Shown piece by piece: positions 10,901-24,400 of a stretch of DNA of 64,000 bases. The stretch spans positions 62,001 to 126,000 of the forward strand of contig MEDY01000055.1 of assembly GCA_001724265.1 (NCBI GenBank), written 5' to 3'. Source of the DNA: Rhizaria sp. SCN 62-66. Its lineage: Eukaryota. The notes under the pieces were generated by a model that was given only the letters and a program-made list of their open reading frames with translations, was not told where the DNA came from and did no database searches. The translations under genes and the position numbers were made by a program. Position 1 is the first letter of the stretch. Every line of letters starts with the position of its first letter.

Positions 10901-13900
10901 CTCAGATGACAGCAGCACCTTCAGCGCGAGCGCCAGCTACACGTCCTCGCATTCGTCTTCGTCCTTCACTGCGATGAACGCCAACATGTCTCCCGCGGCT
11001 GCTGTCGCCGCCGCCGCGCTCGCCGCGCAACAGCTGTCAGGCGGCGCTGGCCCCGCGGCTGACAGTGTGCGCGCGCCGTCCCCCACCTCGCGCTCGCCCT
11101 CGGCCAACTCGGGCCCTGTGGTGCGGCTGCGCCCGCGCCCGCGCTCGCACAAGAGCTCGCGCCAGTCTGGCGCCTCGGCGGGCGGCAGCGCGGCGTCGCG
11201 CTCGCACTCGCACGCGGTGGCGCTCATGAGCATGTCGCCCGTGCCCGAGCAGCCCGAGTCGTCGGAGGACACGGCGCGCCGCCGCACCTCGCACCGGCCC
11301 AGTCGCCGCAGCGGGGCTTTCTCCACGAGCATGATGTTACCTGACGGCTCCGTGCTGGCGCCCGCGTCCTCGGCCCTCGCTGGTTCGAACAACGGCAGCA
11401 GTCATGACGCTGCGGGCGCGGGCGCCAACGCGCGCAGCACTTTCCCGCGCTCTGCGTTCGCGCCCGCCTCGCCGCAGCGCATGGTGGCGTCGCTGTCACC
11501 GTCGATGCAGCAGCAGCAGCGCTCGCTGCAGGATCATCAGCAGATGCAACAGCAGCAGCTGCTGCTGCAGCAGCAGTATCAGCAGCCGTACGCTCGCACT
11601 CCCATCGTGCCCTCGTCCGCTACTTCGTCAAGCTCCGCTGCATCTTCATCGTTCACAGTCACACAACAGCCGCAACAGCAGCCACAGGCCGACCAAGTGC
11701 CTGTGATCCCGCTGCCGGCCCGCATGGCGTCTCCGTCCCCGTACAACCCCGCCATGCCGCACGCCGGCGGCCCCATGTCGCCGCCCATGGCAGGCATCGC
11801 GCTGCCGCTGCCACCCTCGCGCATGCGCTTCGCATCTCCGGCGCCCGGCGCGCAGCCCTCGTCCACGGCCTCCGTGGCCGCGAGCGCGTCGTCGGCCTCA
11901 TCGGTCGCGGCCGGCGCCCCAGCTGTTGCGCCTACCGGCGCCGGCGGGGCGCCGATGTGGGGCTCCCCGCTCGCGGGCCCGACGGTCGGCGTGCGCACGC
12001 TCAGCGGCTCCCACAGCGGGCTCACCCCGCTCGCGCCGGCGCTTTTCTCCCCCGCGGGCCCCGGCGAGCGCGGCACACCCACGCTCTCCGCGGCCGGCGG
12101 TAGCTTCGTCGCCGGGTCGCCGCAGATGTCGGGCTCGTCCGTCTCGCGCATGACCCGCGGCGACAGCGGCAGCCTCAGCGTGGCCTCGATGACCTCCCCG
12201 CCCTCAGCGCCCGCCTCGGCGTCGGCCGCCACGCTCGCCGTCGGTAACATCGCCACCGTGGGCGCGGGCGTGCCGCAGCGCCTCGGCCTCCCGCACACCG
12301 TGGGGCCGTCGCTCGCGGGCGCGTCCCCGTTCACCAGCCCCGGCCCCGGCTCGGTCGCCGGCACGCTCTCATCCTCGGGCGGTACGGGGGTCGCGCACAG
12401 CCACGCGGGCTTCGCACTGCACCACGCCAGCGGCTCCAGCGGCGCGGCCGGCACGGCCACGCACTCGGGCGCCGTGCCGCACTCGGCGGGCTTCGCACCC
12501 GCGTCCGTGTCGATGGGCTCGCCGCCCGCGATGTTGAGTGTGCGCACCGACATGGGCGGCGCCATGTCCCCGCTGCCCATGCACAGCCAGGGCCACAACG
12601 CGGGCGCACTTGCCGGCGCCGGGAAGCCTAACGGACTCGTGTTCGGGCGTGGCAGCACCGGTGGCAATATGCTTTCGCACGCGCACTCTCAGGGTGACGT
12701 GTTCGCAGCCCCCGGTGCCCATTCTTCGTCCAGCCTGTCCGGCAACGGCACCAGCATTGCCGCCGGCACGCCCGCCACTGGCACGCTCCCCGCCGGCCGC
12801 GTTGGCGCCGGCGCGGCGGACAACGCGCGCGGCCGGCCCCGCAGCATCACGCGCGCGTCCCCCGGCCCCGCGGGCTCCGAAAACGGCGGCTCCCCGCTTG
12901 CGCCGGAGCTCCGCGTGCTCCCCGTGTACGCGGGCGAGTATGGCGGCCACGTCTTCCTCGGTATCGCGGCCGGCGCGCACCCGGCGCCCAAGTTGGCGTC
13001 CACCGCGGGCAACAGCGCCGCGAGGCGCGGGCACAACAGCACCGGCGACGGCGCCGCGGCCCCGCCCGTGGACGCCGCGGCCGACAACAGCCAGCGGCGC
13101 GCCGCCGCGGCCGCCGCAGCCGCACTGGTGAGCACGAGCGACGTCACCGCGCGCAGCCGCTCTAGCGCCACGGCCAACGGTGCCGCCGGCGGTGTTGGCG
13201 GCTTGCCGGCGGGCGCAGGCCCGGACTCGCCCAGCTCGACCTTCTCTGGCGGGTCCAAGCCGTCGGTGAGCGCGACCTCGGTGTCTGCGACCACGCTGTC
13301 GTCGTCCACCGGTACAATGTCGACCACAACCACCACCAACACAAGCTCTGCGACCGGTGTGGCCGCCGGGCGCGTGGCTGGCCCCGGCGGCGCGCAGATG
13401 TCCACCCACGCCAACGCTGCCAACGCTGCCAGCAGCACCGCGGCTGCGAGCGGCAGCGCGGGCGTCGGCGCACACCGACTCGTCTCCGCGTCGCCGTTCC
13501 GTCCGTCGCTGTCCCCCGTGCACACGACTGCGCCGCCGACCTCGCTGCAGTCCGCCAACGCCGGCCCCAGCTCCAGCGGCAGCGTGTCCGTCACCGGCCC
13601 TGGCGCGCAGGGCTCTCCGCTGGGCTTCGGCGCACACAACACATCGTCGTCGCGGTCTTCCTCGTCCTCGCCCGTGCCCAGCCCCACGCTGGCGATGCCG
13701 CCCGCCGCGGGCAACACCGCGCTCCCGCCCTCGGGCCTGCCCCCGCGCGGTTCTATCTCTGGCGCGCCACCGCTGTCTCTCGCTAGCAACAGCCAGGCCC
13801 CGCCCGCGCGCGGCAGCTTCTCTGGCGGCGCGCACCCGACCGCACTCAGCCCGGCGCCGCTCGTCGTATCAGTGATGCCTCCTCCGCCCGCGCAGTCTCA

Positions 13901-16900
13901 GTCGCAGTCTACAACATCGGCACAGGCGCAGGCGGCGCAGACTCAGCAGCCGCAGACGCCGGGCAGCGGCGCGCTGGCGTGGCCATCGCACCCCCCCGCG
14001 TCCCCTGCAGGCGCCCCGCGTGTGGTGCTAAATGATCTGGGCAAGCCGCCCATCTCGCCCGCGGTGCGCCCGCGCACATCCGTCAATGCGGCCGCCACTG
14101 GCGACACCGACGACACCGCCGGCGGCTCGCTAATCGCGCCGGTGTCGCCCGCGCTCGTCAGCTCCTCGATGCTCGGTGCGTCTTCTCCGGTTGCCACCGC
14201 GAGCGGCGGCGGATTCCCGACCGTGCAGACGCGCCCGGCGTCGTTCTCGGCCCCCGCGCCACCGCAGCCTCACTTCGGCAGCACCGGGCTCGCGCAGACG
14301 CCCGCCCGCGCTGGCGCCGGCGGGGCCGGCGGAACTTTCGGGCCCCCTGCGTCAAGCATCGGCGAGGACGACGGCGGCAGAGGCGTCGGCGTCGGTGTTG
14401 CCGCTCCGCGCGCTTATGAAGGCGACTCTCCTGTCGTTTTCAATGCCTCACAGCAGCTGCAGTCCGGTGCCATCTCACGCTCGTCCTCCGCGCAGTCCAA
14501 CGTGCGCTCGCTGGCCTCATCCTCGCCCGTCATCTCGAGCCGCACCAGCGTCAGCCGCGGCAGCAGCGTCAGTCGTCTGCTGTCGCCGAGCGCGCGCTAC
14601 TCGATCAACGTCAACGCGTCTGCGCAGCCCATGTCGCTGCCGCCGGGCGCTGCGGCGTTCATGGGCACCTCGACGCTCTCCGGTGCGACGACACCGGTGC
14701 AGGGACAGGGCCCGGCGGCGCACTTCAACCTCTCGCCCGCCGCAGCTGCCGCAGCCGCCGCTGCTGCTGATACGACGGCTGCTCTTACGCAGCAGAACAA
14801 CGGAAATGGCTTCAACATGCAGCGCGGGCCGCTGGCGCCCCCCGAGGCCCCGCCGTCGCCCGACCTCGAGCATGACCTTGAGCCTCACTTCCTCCCCTCT
14901 GACTGCGACGACGACGAGGGTGGAGACGAGGAGCTTGAGCGGATGCGCGCGATTGTGAACCCGCTGCGCCGCGGCTACTGCGCCAGTCGCGACAGCACCG
15001 GCCGGCGCCGCGGCAGCTACTCTGGCCCCGGCCCGCTACCGCCGCCGCCGCCGCCGCCTGTGCCGCTACCTCCTACTGGTGGCTTCACCAGCGGACCCAA
15101 CAGCACAACTGCGGCCACGGCCGCTGCAGCCGCTGCCGCGCATGCCGCAGCCGCCGCGCTCGCAGCCGCCGCGAGCGGCGCCGCGCCGGGCAACGAGTCG
15201 CCGCCGCCGCCCAACACAGCGCACACAGTGGCCAGCGATGCGACCGTGGCGACGGCGCTGACGGGCCTGACGGGCTTCTCAGGCTTCTCAGGCGGCGGGT
15301 CTGCCATCTCCGGCCCCGGCTTCGCGCCGGGCGCGGCTGGCGGCGGCGCGCAGTACGGCATGGGCGCGCCCTACACCACCACGCACGGCGGCGGCGCGGC
15401 GCCCGGCATGCCGTACTCGCCCTTTGCGCAGCGCCAGGCGAGCCCCAGCGGGTTCTTCCACAAGGGCAACGCGGCGAGCGCGACGCCCACGGCCGCCGTG
15501 GGGCTGCCGCCGCTGCCAGTGATCCTTACGCCGCAGCGCGCGGGGCTGCCGGCGTCGCACGCGCAGCAGCAGCTCACGCTCGCGCAGCAGCACCAGCAGC
15601 AGATGCAGGGCGTGAGCAGCTCGCTGAACAACACCGCTGTGGCGACGTCCAACACCACCACCACAAACACGAGCACGGGGTCCCCGGGGCTCGGCGACAG
15701 CAACAACACGACCTCCAGCTCCGGCGCCGTGACGCTCGCCGCGCAGCCCACGATGCACGCCGTGCACAACACCAGCGGCGCGCACAACGTCAGCCAGACG
15801 CACTCGCACCAGGAGATGTCATTCGACCGCGACGCGCGCGGCGGCGGCGGCGGCACCGTGGCCGTCGACGGCGGCTTCCGCGCCGCGTCGATGAGCGAGG
15901 ACGGCACGACGAGCGTCGGCATGCGTGCGCTCGAGGCCGCGCTGCTCAAGATCGACGCAGACAAGGCCTCCGCGATGGAGTTCGTGTTTGGCGAAGGCAC
16001 ACTGTCGCACGGCGTTTCGAGCGAAGTCGCCGAGGTGCTGCAAGACAACCGCGGCATGCAGCCCGGCCACGGCCTCCCCGTGCTCCCGCTGTACTACCCC
16101 GTCATGGTCGGCGAGGAGCCCGGGCTGCTGCTGGTCTACGCCGACGGCAGCTACGTGATCAAGTCCGTGCCGGGTTACGTGCACTCGGGCTTGACCAACA
16201 TTAAGGACCCGGCGCAGGAGGTCTCCAAGCAGCGCCTCGCCGCGCACCAGCAGAAGCAGACGATGGCGGACGATATGAGTTCCGGCCCGCTCTCCGGCGC
16301 GGGGTCCGGTGGTGCCCGCGACGGCGCCAACACCGGCCACTCTCGGCCTGGCGGTGACGGCCACACTGCGGGCGTCGCCGGCAAGCCGCCGCAGATGCTC
16401 CCGAGTGGCCCGCAGTTCACTCCGAGCGACGGCTTCGACTCGTTCCTGTCCGCGCGCTCTCTGCTCTCCGAGACTGAGGGCCTTGTGGCGCCGCAGTTCC
16501 AGGCCTACACTGACACGCTCGCCGACTACGCGACTCTCGTGCTCGGCCGCGAGAAGGGCGCGGGGCCCGCGCCGCCACAGCATCTGGTCGCGCACCGCCC
16601 CGCTTCGACCACGTCCTCGTCCTCGTCCTCGGCGACGGCGATGCGCCTGTCCTCCGGGCTCTCCCTCGGCGGCCCCGGCGCAAGCACGGCGGAGCGCATC
16701 GCGCTGGTCCAGGGCTCGTCGGGCGCACTCAGCATGGCGTCGGCGCCGAACGCCTGCCCGAGCCCGCCACTCCCTGTTGGCAGCGGCGCGCTGCCACACA
16801 TCTCCGTCGCTGGCGCCGTTAGCGGCGGGAACCTGCCTCCGCTAAGCAGTCACAACAAGCGGTGGAGTCACCACAGCAGCGACAACGGCAGCGCTGCGCA

Positions 16901-18370
16901 CACGTTTGCGAGCAGCTCGCTGCAGTACTCGACGCATGCGGTGCAGACTATGCCTGGCATGGGCTCCGAGTCTGGCGTTTCGGTCGATCACGAACACGAC
17001 GGACACAACACCAGCGGCAACGCTAACAGCAGCACGCACATGGGCGAGCAGCGCAACCTGCAGGCTGCTCGCGGTGACGCGCCGCCGCTCATGGTCACTT
17101 TGTCGACCAACAGCACGTCCGTCGCCACGCCCGCAGGCCAGCCCGGACCCACGGCCCCGTATTCCACCGATGCCGCCTCGGGCGCTGCTCCGACGGCAGG
17201 ATTTCCCAACCCTCGCCTCCAGGCCGCCGCGACGCGCAAGTCGCTGAACTCGACCATGACGGGCGCTTTCCCGTTCGTCAACACGAGTGCGGGTTATAAC
17301 GCTCCCGCAACTGGCCCCAGCTCCCCGATCAACGCGAACGAGGCGCTCCCACCCGCGGGCCGCGCGTCGTCGTCGTCCTCGAGCTCCGGCGTCAAAACAG
17401 GCACCGTCTCCGGCAGTGCAGGCGGCCGCGTTGGTGCGCGTGCGAGTGCGGGCGCCAAGACGCTTGTGGACGAGGACGGCAACCACTCGATCAACATTGA
17501 GATGGATAAGCAGCCGTCCGTGGTGACAAGCGAGCTCAACCACCCGTCGCTCGCGCACTCGCAGTCACTGTTCAACTACCACCCCGAAGCCATGGTGGCC
17601 AGCAACGTCGGCGCCACCGTCAGCAAGGGATCCCCCACTGGCATCGTGTATCACCGCGGCCAGCCCTCGTCGCGCACTGGCGCGCGCTCTTTCCCCGCCG
17701 GTGCCCCCGCGCCTCAATACGGCGGCGTGTCGCCCACGTCGCTCGCCGCGGCCTCAGGTGCGTCTGCGTTCAGCGCGGCCAGTGGCGGCGTGCAGCCGAC
17801 TGTGCAGCGCCTCCCTTCGCGCGCGCCCTCGAACACGGCCTCCGTTGCGGACTCTTCCACTGGCTCCGGCGGCACTGGCGCCGAGGTCGTCGTCAATGCG
17901 CGCATCGCGAACCTCGTGCACGCCGGCGCGGGGCCGCGCGGCAAGGTCGGGTTGCAGGCGTCGACGCCGGACCTGCTTTCGCTGCTGAGCTCTGTGGTCA
18001 ACCCCGCGGTCAAGATCGTCGACTCGACGGCCGCGGCGGAGTTGTGGCGCAAGCAGGTCACCTCGGTGCTCTCTTCGCCCGCCGCGACGCTCTCGGTGGC
18101 GAGCAGCAGCGGCGAGTCGCGCAGCACGCTCGCGTTCAACACCCCGTCGGTCGGGCCTATGCCGTCGTCGCACGGCGTCAACCCACAGCCGCAAGCCGGA
18201 CTATTGTCAAGCGTGCCCGCGACGCCGCCGGTGGCCCTGGCCGCCGCGCCCCTCTCGAGCGAAACCAGTGGCGACGTGACTCTGGGCTCGTCCGACCCCA
18301 CTGGTTCGAATAGTTCGCCTGCTGTTGCTCATGTTGAACCCACGCAGAGTGCGCAGGAGCCGCTACAGCA

Positions 18371-18407
<37 letters not shown>

Positions 18408-21400
18408 AAACAACAGCAACAACAGCAACAGCAACATCAGCAACAACAGCAGCCAGAGCAGGTCCATTTTGAGTCACCTCACTCTGAGCAGGATAAGCCC
18501 CACCCGTCTCATCCTCCTCTGCAGCAGCAGGGGACGTTGATTCCGTTGGCTTTACAGGAGAATGCAGCTCCTCCTCTCATCACCATCACTGGTCCTTCGC
18601 TCGCTCCCGGCGTCGCGGTGACTCACGTGCTGAACCACGCTCAGCCCGAGGCCGCTAGCGCTGTCGCCGGCGTCGCTTCGCAGCCCACAACCGCGATGTC
18701 TCCTGTGTTGGGCCTCGCCGCTGTGGCCGCATCGCCGCCGGTCTCCGGCCGCCCCGACGCCGAGCCCGCGACGGTGGACGGCGTGCGCGGCGCCATCGCG
18801 GCGCTGCGCGTCGGCATCCCGCAGCGGGACACGCCCATGCTCAGCTCGGCTAGCGGCACGACCACTACCAACACCAGCCATGGCCCCGGCTCTGGCCCTG
18901 GGACCAACAGTAATACGAACACGGGCTCTGGCGCTGGAATCAGCACTACCACCACTGGAAATAGCTCCCTCGTGAGCAATGGCACTGCGGCCTTCGCGGG
19001 CGCGCCGCTCGCACTGGCTCTCGCGCGCTCCGGCGGCCAGGGCACGACCGACGCCAGCGAGCCCGACGCCACCAGCCCCGTCAGCGGCAACGACTTCGGC
19101 GGATCGCCCCTTGCAAACTCGGGCTCCGGCTCCGGTGAGGGCGACAACACGGCGAACCGCAACGCAACTGCTGCGGCTGCGGCCAATGCGGCGCTGCTGG
19201 TGAAGCGTGGCAGCGCGTCGCCGTCGTCCTTCATCAACCCAGGCACCGGCGCTGCGCTTGCGCTGAGCAGCAGCGGCAGCGGCGGCGTTAGCGCCGTCCG
19301 CTCCCCTATCTCCGGGCTGCTGGTGCGCACAGGCAGCAACACGTCCGGCACGTCGTCGCTCGCGCATACATTCTCCGCCGGCCCGCCCCCGCTCTCGCGC
19401 GAGGACTCCGGCTCGATCGTGTTCGGTGCCGGCTTCCGCAACCCGGGCGACGCGTACTCACCGATGTCGACCATCATGTCTGAGGCCAACTACGCCACCG
19501 ACACGGGCTCCATGTACGGCGGCGTCTCCCGCACTGTCGCGCCTAGCATCATCGGCATGGCCAGTGGCGGCGTAGGTGGCGCTAGCGCGTTTGCCAACGT
19601 CATGGAGGAAGGTGAAGAGGACGACGATGATTCCCAGAGCAAGTCGAACAAGTCGTCCCTCGTCTCCGCCGCGGCCGCCACCGACAGTAGTGACGGCAGC
19701 GCCGTCGGCGCGGTGGTGGGTGCGAACAACGCGCGCCACGGCACTGCCGACGGTCAGGTCGGCGCCGGCGCACTGATGAGCGTGATGGAGGAGGACGAAG
19801 TCGCCAGCTCTGCGGCCAACACACACGCATCCGCTGCGGGCCCGGGCACAGGCGCAACGCCAGTTTTCGCCACGGCGTCCGACAACACCGCTGGCCGCGG
19901 TAGAGTCACCGCCTCCTCCGTCGCCCAAGCCGCGGGCAGTGCTACGATGTCGTCGTCGGCCGTGCACACGGCGATCAATCCCCCCTCGCGGCAGTCCCCG
20001 CCGGGTGACCTCGACCGGCTCACGTCTAAGTCTCCCGTAGCAGTGTTCGGCGGCCTCAAAGCGCACAGTCTCGCGCCGGCCAAGCTTGATCTCCCTGTGT
20101 CCCCCGGCCTCACGCCGCGCCTTGTGTCCGACGGCGTTGCCGCTGCCCCGGGCGCTTCCGGCGCCGGTCTGACCACTGCTGCAATCATCGCGAACGCGCA
20201 GCAGAGCTTGGCGAACGCGGACCCCACGCCCGCAGGGACCAGGGGGCGCCGCGTCGCCATCATGGACGTCGACGCCAACGCGGCGGCCGCTGCGGCGGCA
20301 ACTGCGCTGCACGCGGCCGGCAACACAAGCAGTGTCACGGTGCCGAAGCTTGCTCTCGCGCAAGTTCCCGGTGTCGCCGGTGCGGCCGGCGCTGCGGCTG
20401 CTGCGGGCCGTGCGCCGGGTCCCGCTCTTCAGGCCGGTGCCGCGGGCGCCCCGCCGCTGCCGGCCGCGGCCGCGGTGCGCGTGCCGCCTCCAACGTTGAT
20501 GCAGGGCACGCCTCAGTGGCAGAACTACTGCTGCGCATTCCCCGTCGCCTCGCTGTTCCGGCTTGTGTCTAAGGAGCTGTTCGAGTGGGTTAGTGCGTTG
20601 TTTGTGATCATGTACTGCACGTGCATCTCGCTGTACTCTTACAATCAGTCCGAGGACATGACCTTTGTCATCTCGTGCATCATCGACGCGTGCACCGGTG
20701 TGTTCATGCTCGAGATCATGATCCGTCTGCTCGCCCTCCCGCGCCGCTCGCGCACATACCCCGTCGTCATCGCACTGGCCATCCTCAAGATTCACGTCGA
20801 CACCAACACTCTGCCACTGCTGCTGTCAGACTCAACCGCCTCGCGCCGCAAAGGGCGCTCGGCTCTGGCCCAGGCCGGCGGCGAGCAGGGTGACGCCGCT
20901 CGCAAGCGCCGCAACTCGATTGTCGGTATCTCCGGTGTGCACTCGAACGGCTCACAGCTGTATCAGATGAACGTCGGTCGCGATGGCTTCGACGACAGCG
21001 AGGACGAGCGCGACGACCACGACGACGACGCTGATTACAACGAGCATGACCCCGTGCGCAAGTCGCCCAAGTCTCGTACGAGCAAGAACAACGCACACAA
21101 CACGAGCACGAGCGCCAATGCTGCTGGTACTGACGCTCAGGCCGGGGACGCGAATGAGTTCGGCGACAGTGAGCTGCCGCGTCTGCCCGTGGTCCCGCCT
21201 CCTCGCCGCGCCAGGCGCAGTCCCCTGATCGACATCAACATCCGCCACTTTAGCGCGGACGATAATCACATGGGTCTGCACGTGACTTCTTTCTGGGAGT
21301 CGCCGATGTGCATCATCGACCTCATCCACGTGTGTCTCGGCATCGCGCAGATCATCGGTGTGCTGGTCGAGGGCAAGTATCCGTACAACCCCACGTCGCC

Positions 21401-24400
21401 CGAGAACGCGATCACGATCACCAACGGCGCACCGTGGCTCACGATCCTGTCGTTCCTGCGTCTGATCAAGCTGATCCGCCTTGCCGCCGTGCTGTACCTC
21501 ATCCCTGCGCTGCGCCCATTGCTGTCCGTTATCTCGCGTTCGCTGGCCAACGTGCTCCGCATCACGGGACTCATCTTCGTGTTCGTATTCATGTTCGCGC
21601 TGTTCGGCAACCTCTGCTTTGGCGGCGACCACATCCCTGAGGACGTGGTGTTCACGTTCAACTCGTTCTGGTTTTCGCTCGCGTCGACGCTGTTCATTCT
21701 CTTCCCCGATAATTGGGTTGACTGGAGCAGCGAAGTTGCGCAGTACACCACGGTGCTTTTCATTCTCTTCCCGATCGTGTTCTTCCTTCTCGTCTTCCTC
21801 ATTCTGAACCAATTCACGCTCGTGATGGTAATCGAGAACTTCCGTGTCACCTTTACCAACCGCCGCCGCCAGTACCTGATCTGGTCCCCGCGCGACGCGG
21901 CCACAGTCGCTGCCGTCACCGCCGCCAAGGTCACTCCTGCGAACATCCCCGACCCGTCCCGTGGCGTTGTCGCCCCAGCCCCGGCTCTCGCGCTCACCGT
22001 GCCGGGCGCAGTCGGCCCAATCGGCATGCAGCCCGGCCTCCCGCCCTTCGGCTTCTTCCCCGGCGGGCCCGGTGCGCCCGGCGCTGGCGGGCTGGCTCTT
22101 GTGCCCGGCCCCGACGGCTACCCGCAGTACGTCGACGCCGTCACCGGACTGCCCTACGGCGCCGCACCTGGACTCGGTATGCCACTCGGCATGGGCATGG
22201 GCATGGGCATGGGCATGGCGGGCTACCCCGGTGCTTACGGCGCTGGCGCAATGGGTATCCCCATGGGCTACCCGCAGCCGTACCCTGGCGTTGACCCTGC
22301 GGTGATGGCGCCAATGGGCTACCCGCCCGGCGCCGTACCCGTGGACCCCTACACGGGCCAGCCGCAATACACGCCCCCGTTTGGCGCCGTCATGGTGCCC
22401 GGACCCGGCGGCGTGCCCATGATGGTCCCCGGCATGATGCCGCCCCCCGCGCTCGTGCCCAACGCCGCTGCGGCGTACCCCGGCGCCGCCGGTGACGCTG
22501 GCGTTGACGGGTACGACTTCGACGACGAGGAGTACTACGATGACGAGGACATTGACGACTTGGACGGCGAGGACCGCGACTCGGACGACGGATTCGAGCG
22601 CACCCCGATCAATGAAGTTGACGACAACGGTGACCCCGTCCCTGGCGCTGATCAGCAGCACCAGCAACTCGTGCCGCTGAACCCCGACGGCACGCAGCGC
22701 CCGCGGCGCCGTCGCCGCTCCCGCGCGCTGCCGTCTTATAACGCCGACCCTGCTGCGCTCGCAGCCGCCGCAGCCGCTGGGGAAGGCGACATGAACGCCA
22801 TGGCACCCGGCGCCATTGGCACGTGGCCGCAGATGCAGATGCAGATGCAGATGCCGATGTATCAGATGGTCATGGGTCCCAACGGCCCCGTACCCGTGGC
22901 GATGCCGATGGACCCCGCCGCGTACGGCGCGTACCCCGGCCAGTTCCCGCCCGGAGCGGTCCCCGCGATGGGTCCCTATGGCGCGATGATGCCGTGGGGC
23001 GCCGCAGCGTACCCCGGCATGGTCGGCGCGATGGATCCGTACGCCATGGGCATGATGGGCATGAATCCCGCCATGAACATGAACATGGGCTTCGGCATGG
23101 GCTACAACCCCTACAACGCTGGCTACGACAACTACGAAGACGCGTTTGACCACGACCAAGAGGAGGACCACGCCCACACCGAGCTCTCCGGCCTTGATCC
23201 TGGGCACCACGCCGCATATGCGCAGCAGTACGGCCGCGGCAGCGCCGGACACCCGGGGGCCGGCGCGGACACGTTCCGCTCCGAGATGTCCTCGCTGTAC
23301 CACCCGGGCGGCTTCTTCGGCATGGGCCGCGGCGGGCGCTACAACGCGCTCGAGTCGGTCCGCGGCCGCCCTAGCGACAACATGCTCACCGTCGCCAGCC
23401 CCGACAACGCGTACGCCGGCGCGAGCGGCGCGCAGGGCGGCTACGGCCACACATGGGCCGCCTTCGAGAGCGGCGACGTGACGCCTGAGTTCAGCGCAGC
23501 GTCCCCCAGCCAACCGCAGCCGCTGTCGCGCTCCCCGCTAGCGCCGCCCGTGCCGCCGCCCGACGCGGTGCTGAGCACTACGACCACGCCGCTGAATCAG
23601 CGCGGCAACAACTCGAGTTCCTCTGGGAGCAGCATGGCGCGGTCGGCAACCGGGCATCTCATCGCTGTGCCCGGTGGCGCGACCCTGCCGGCGCCCGGGA
23701 GCGGCGGCAACAACAGTAGCGGCGGCCCTTCGTGGCGCACGGTCGACAGCTCTCTGATTGCGACACCGCAGACAGTGGACACGGTTCATCCACCGATGCG
23801 CACCTACTACCAGGGCATTTCCCCGCTCGGTTCCGGTGATCGAGCGAGCATTTCGCTTGGTCCCAACACGATGGGCGGTGCTGAACAAGCGCAGAGCATT
23901 GAGGACACACTCGGTGGACGGCCGAACTCGACGCTTGACCCGACGAAGATGTTGCAGTCGCTGCGTTCTGAGCCTCCGGTCGAGGCACGCCCGATGCCGC
24001 AGATTCTTTCGGTCTGGTCGCGTGACAATTCGGTGCGCACATTCACGCCCACTAATGCAGCACTTCCGGGCTCGCACCAGAAGACCTACGACCCAACTCA
24101 CTCGCGCCGCAATTCCGCTCACTCCGCTCTTTCACATGCGCATGATGAGCACGAGCAGGTGCAACACAATGGTGACGACGAAAATGACTACGAGCGCCTC
24201 AAGAGCATGATGCCGCCTCTGCCGAGCATGGGCGCCGCGCCCGCACCTACGGTCACGATGAACTCGTCTGCCATGGCCGCCGCCAGCTCTGGCGTCGGCT
24301 TTAACAGCGCTGGTCGCCCCGTCCGCACCGCCAGTAGCGACGGCGGCGACAATGGTGCCCATGTAACGCAAGCGCATGTGGCTGCCTCTACGGTCAGTGA

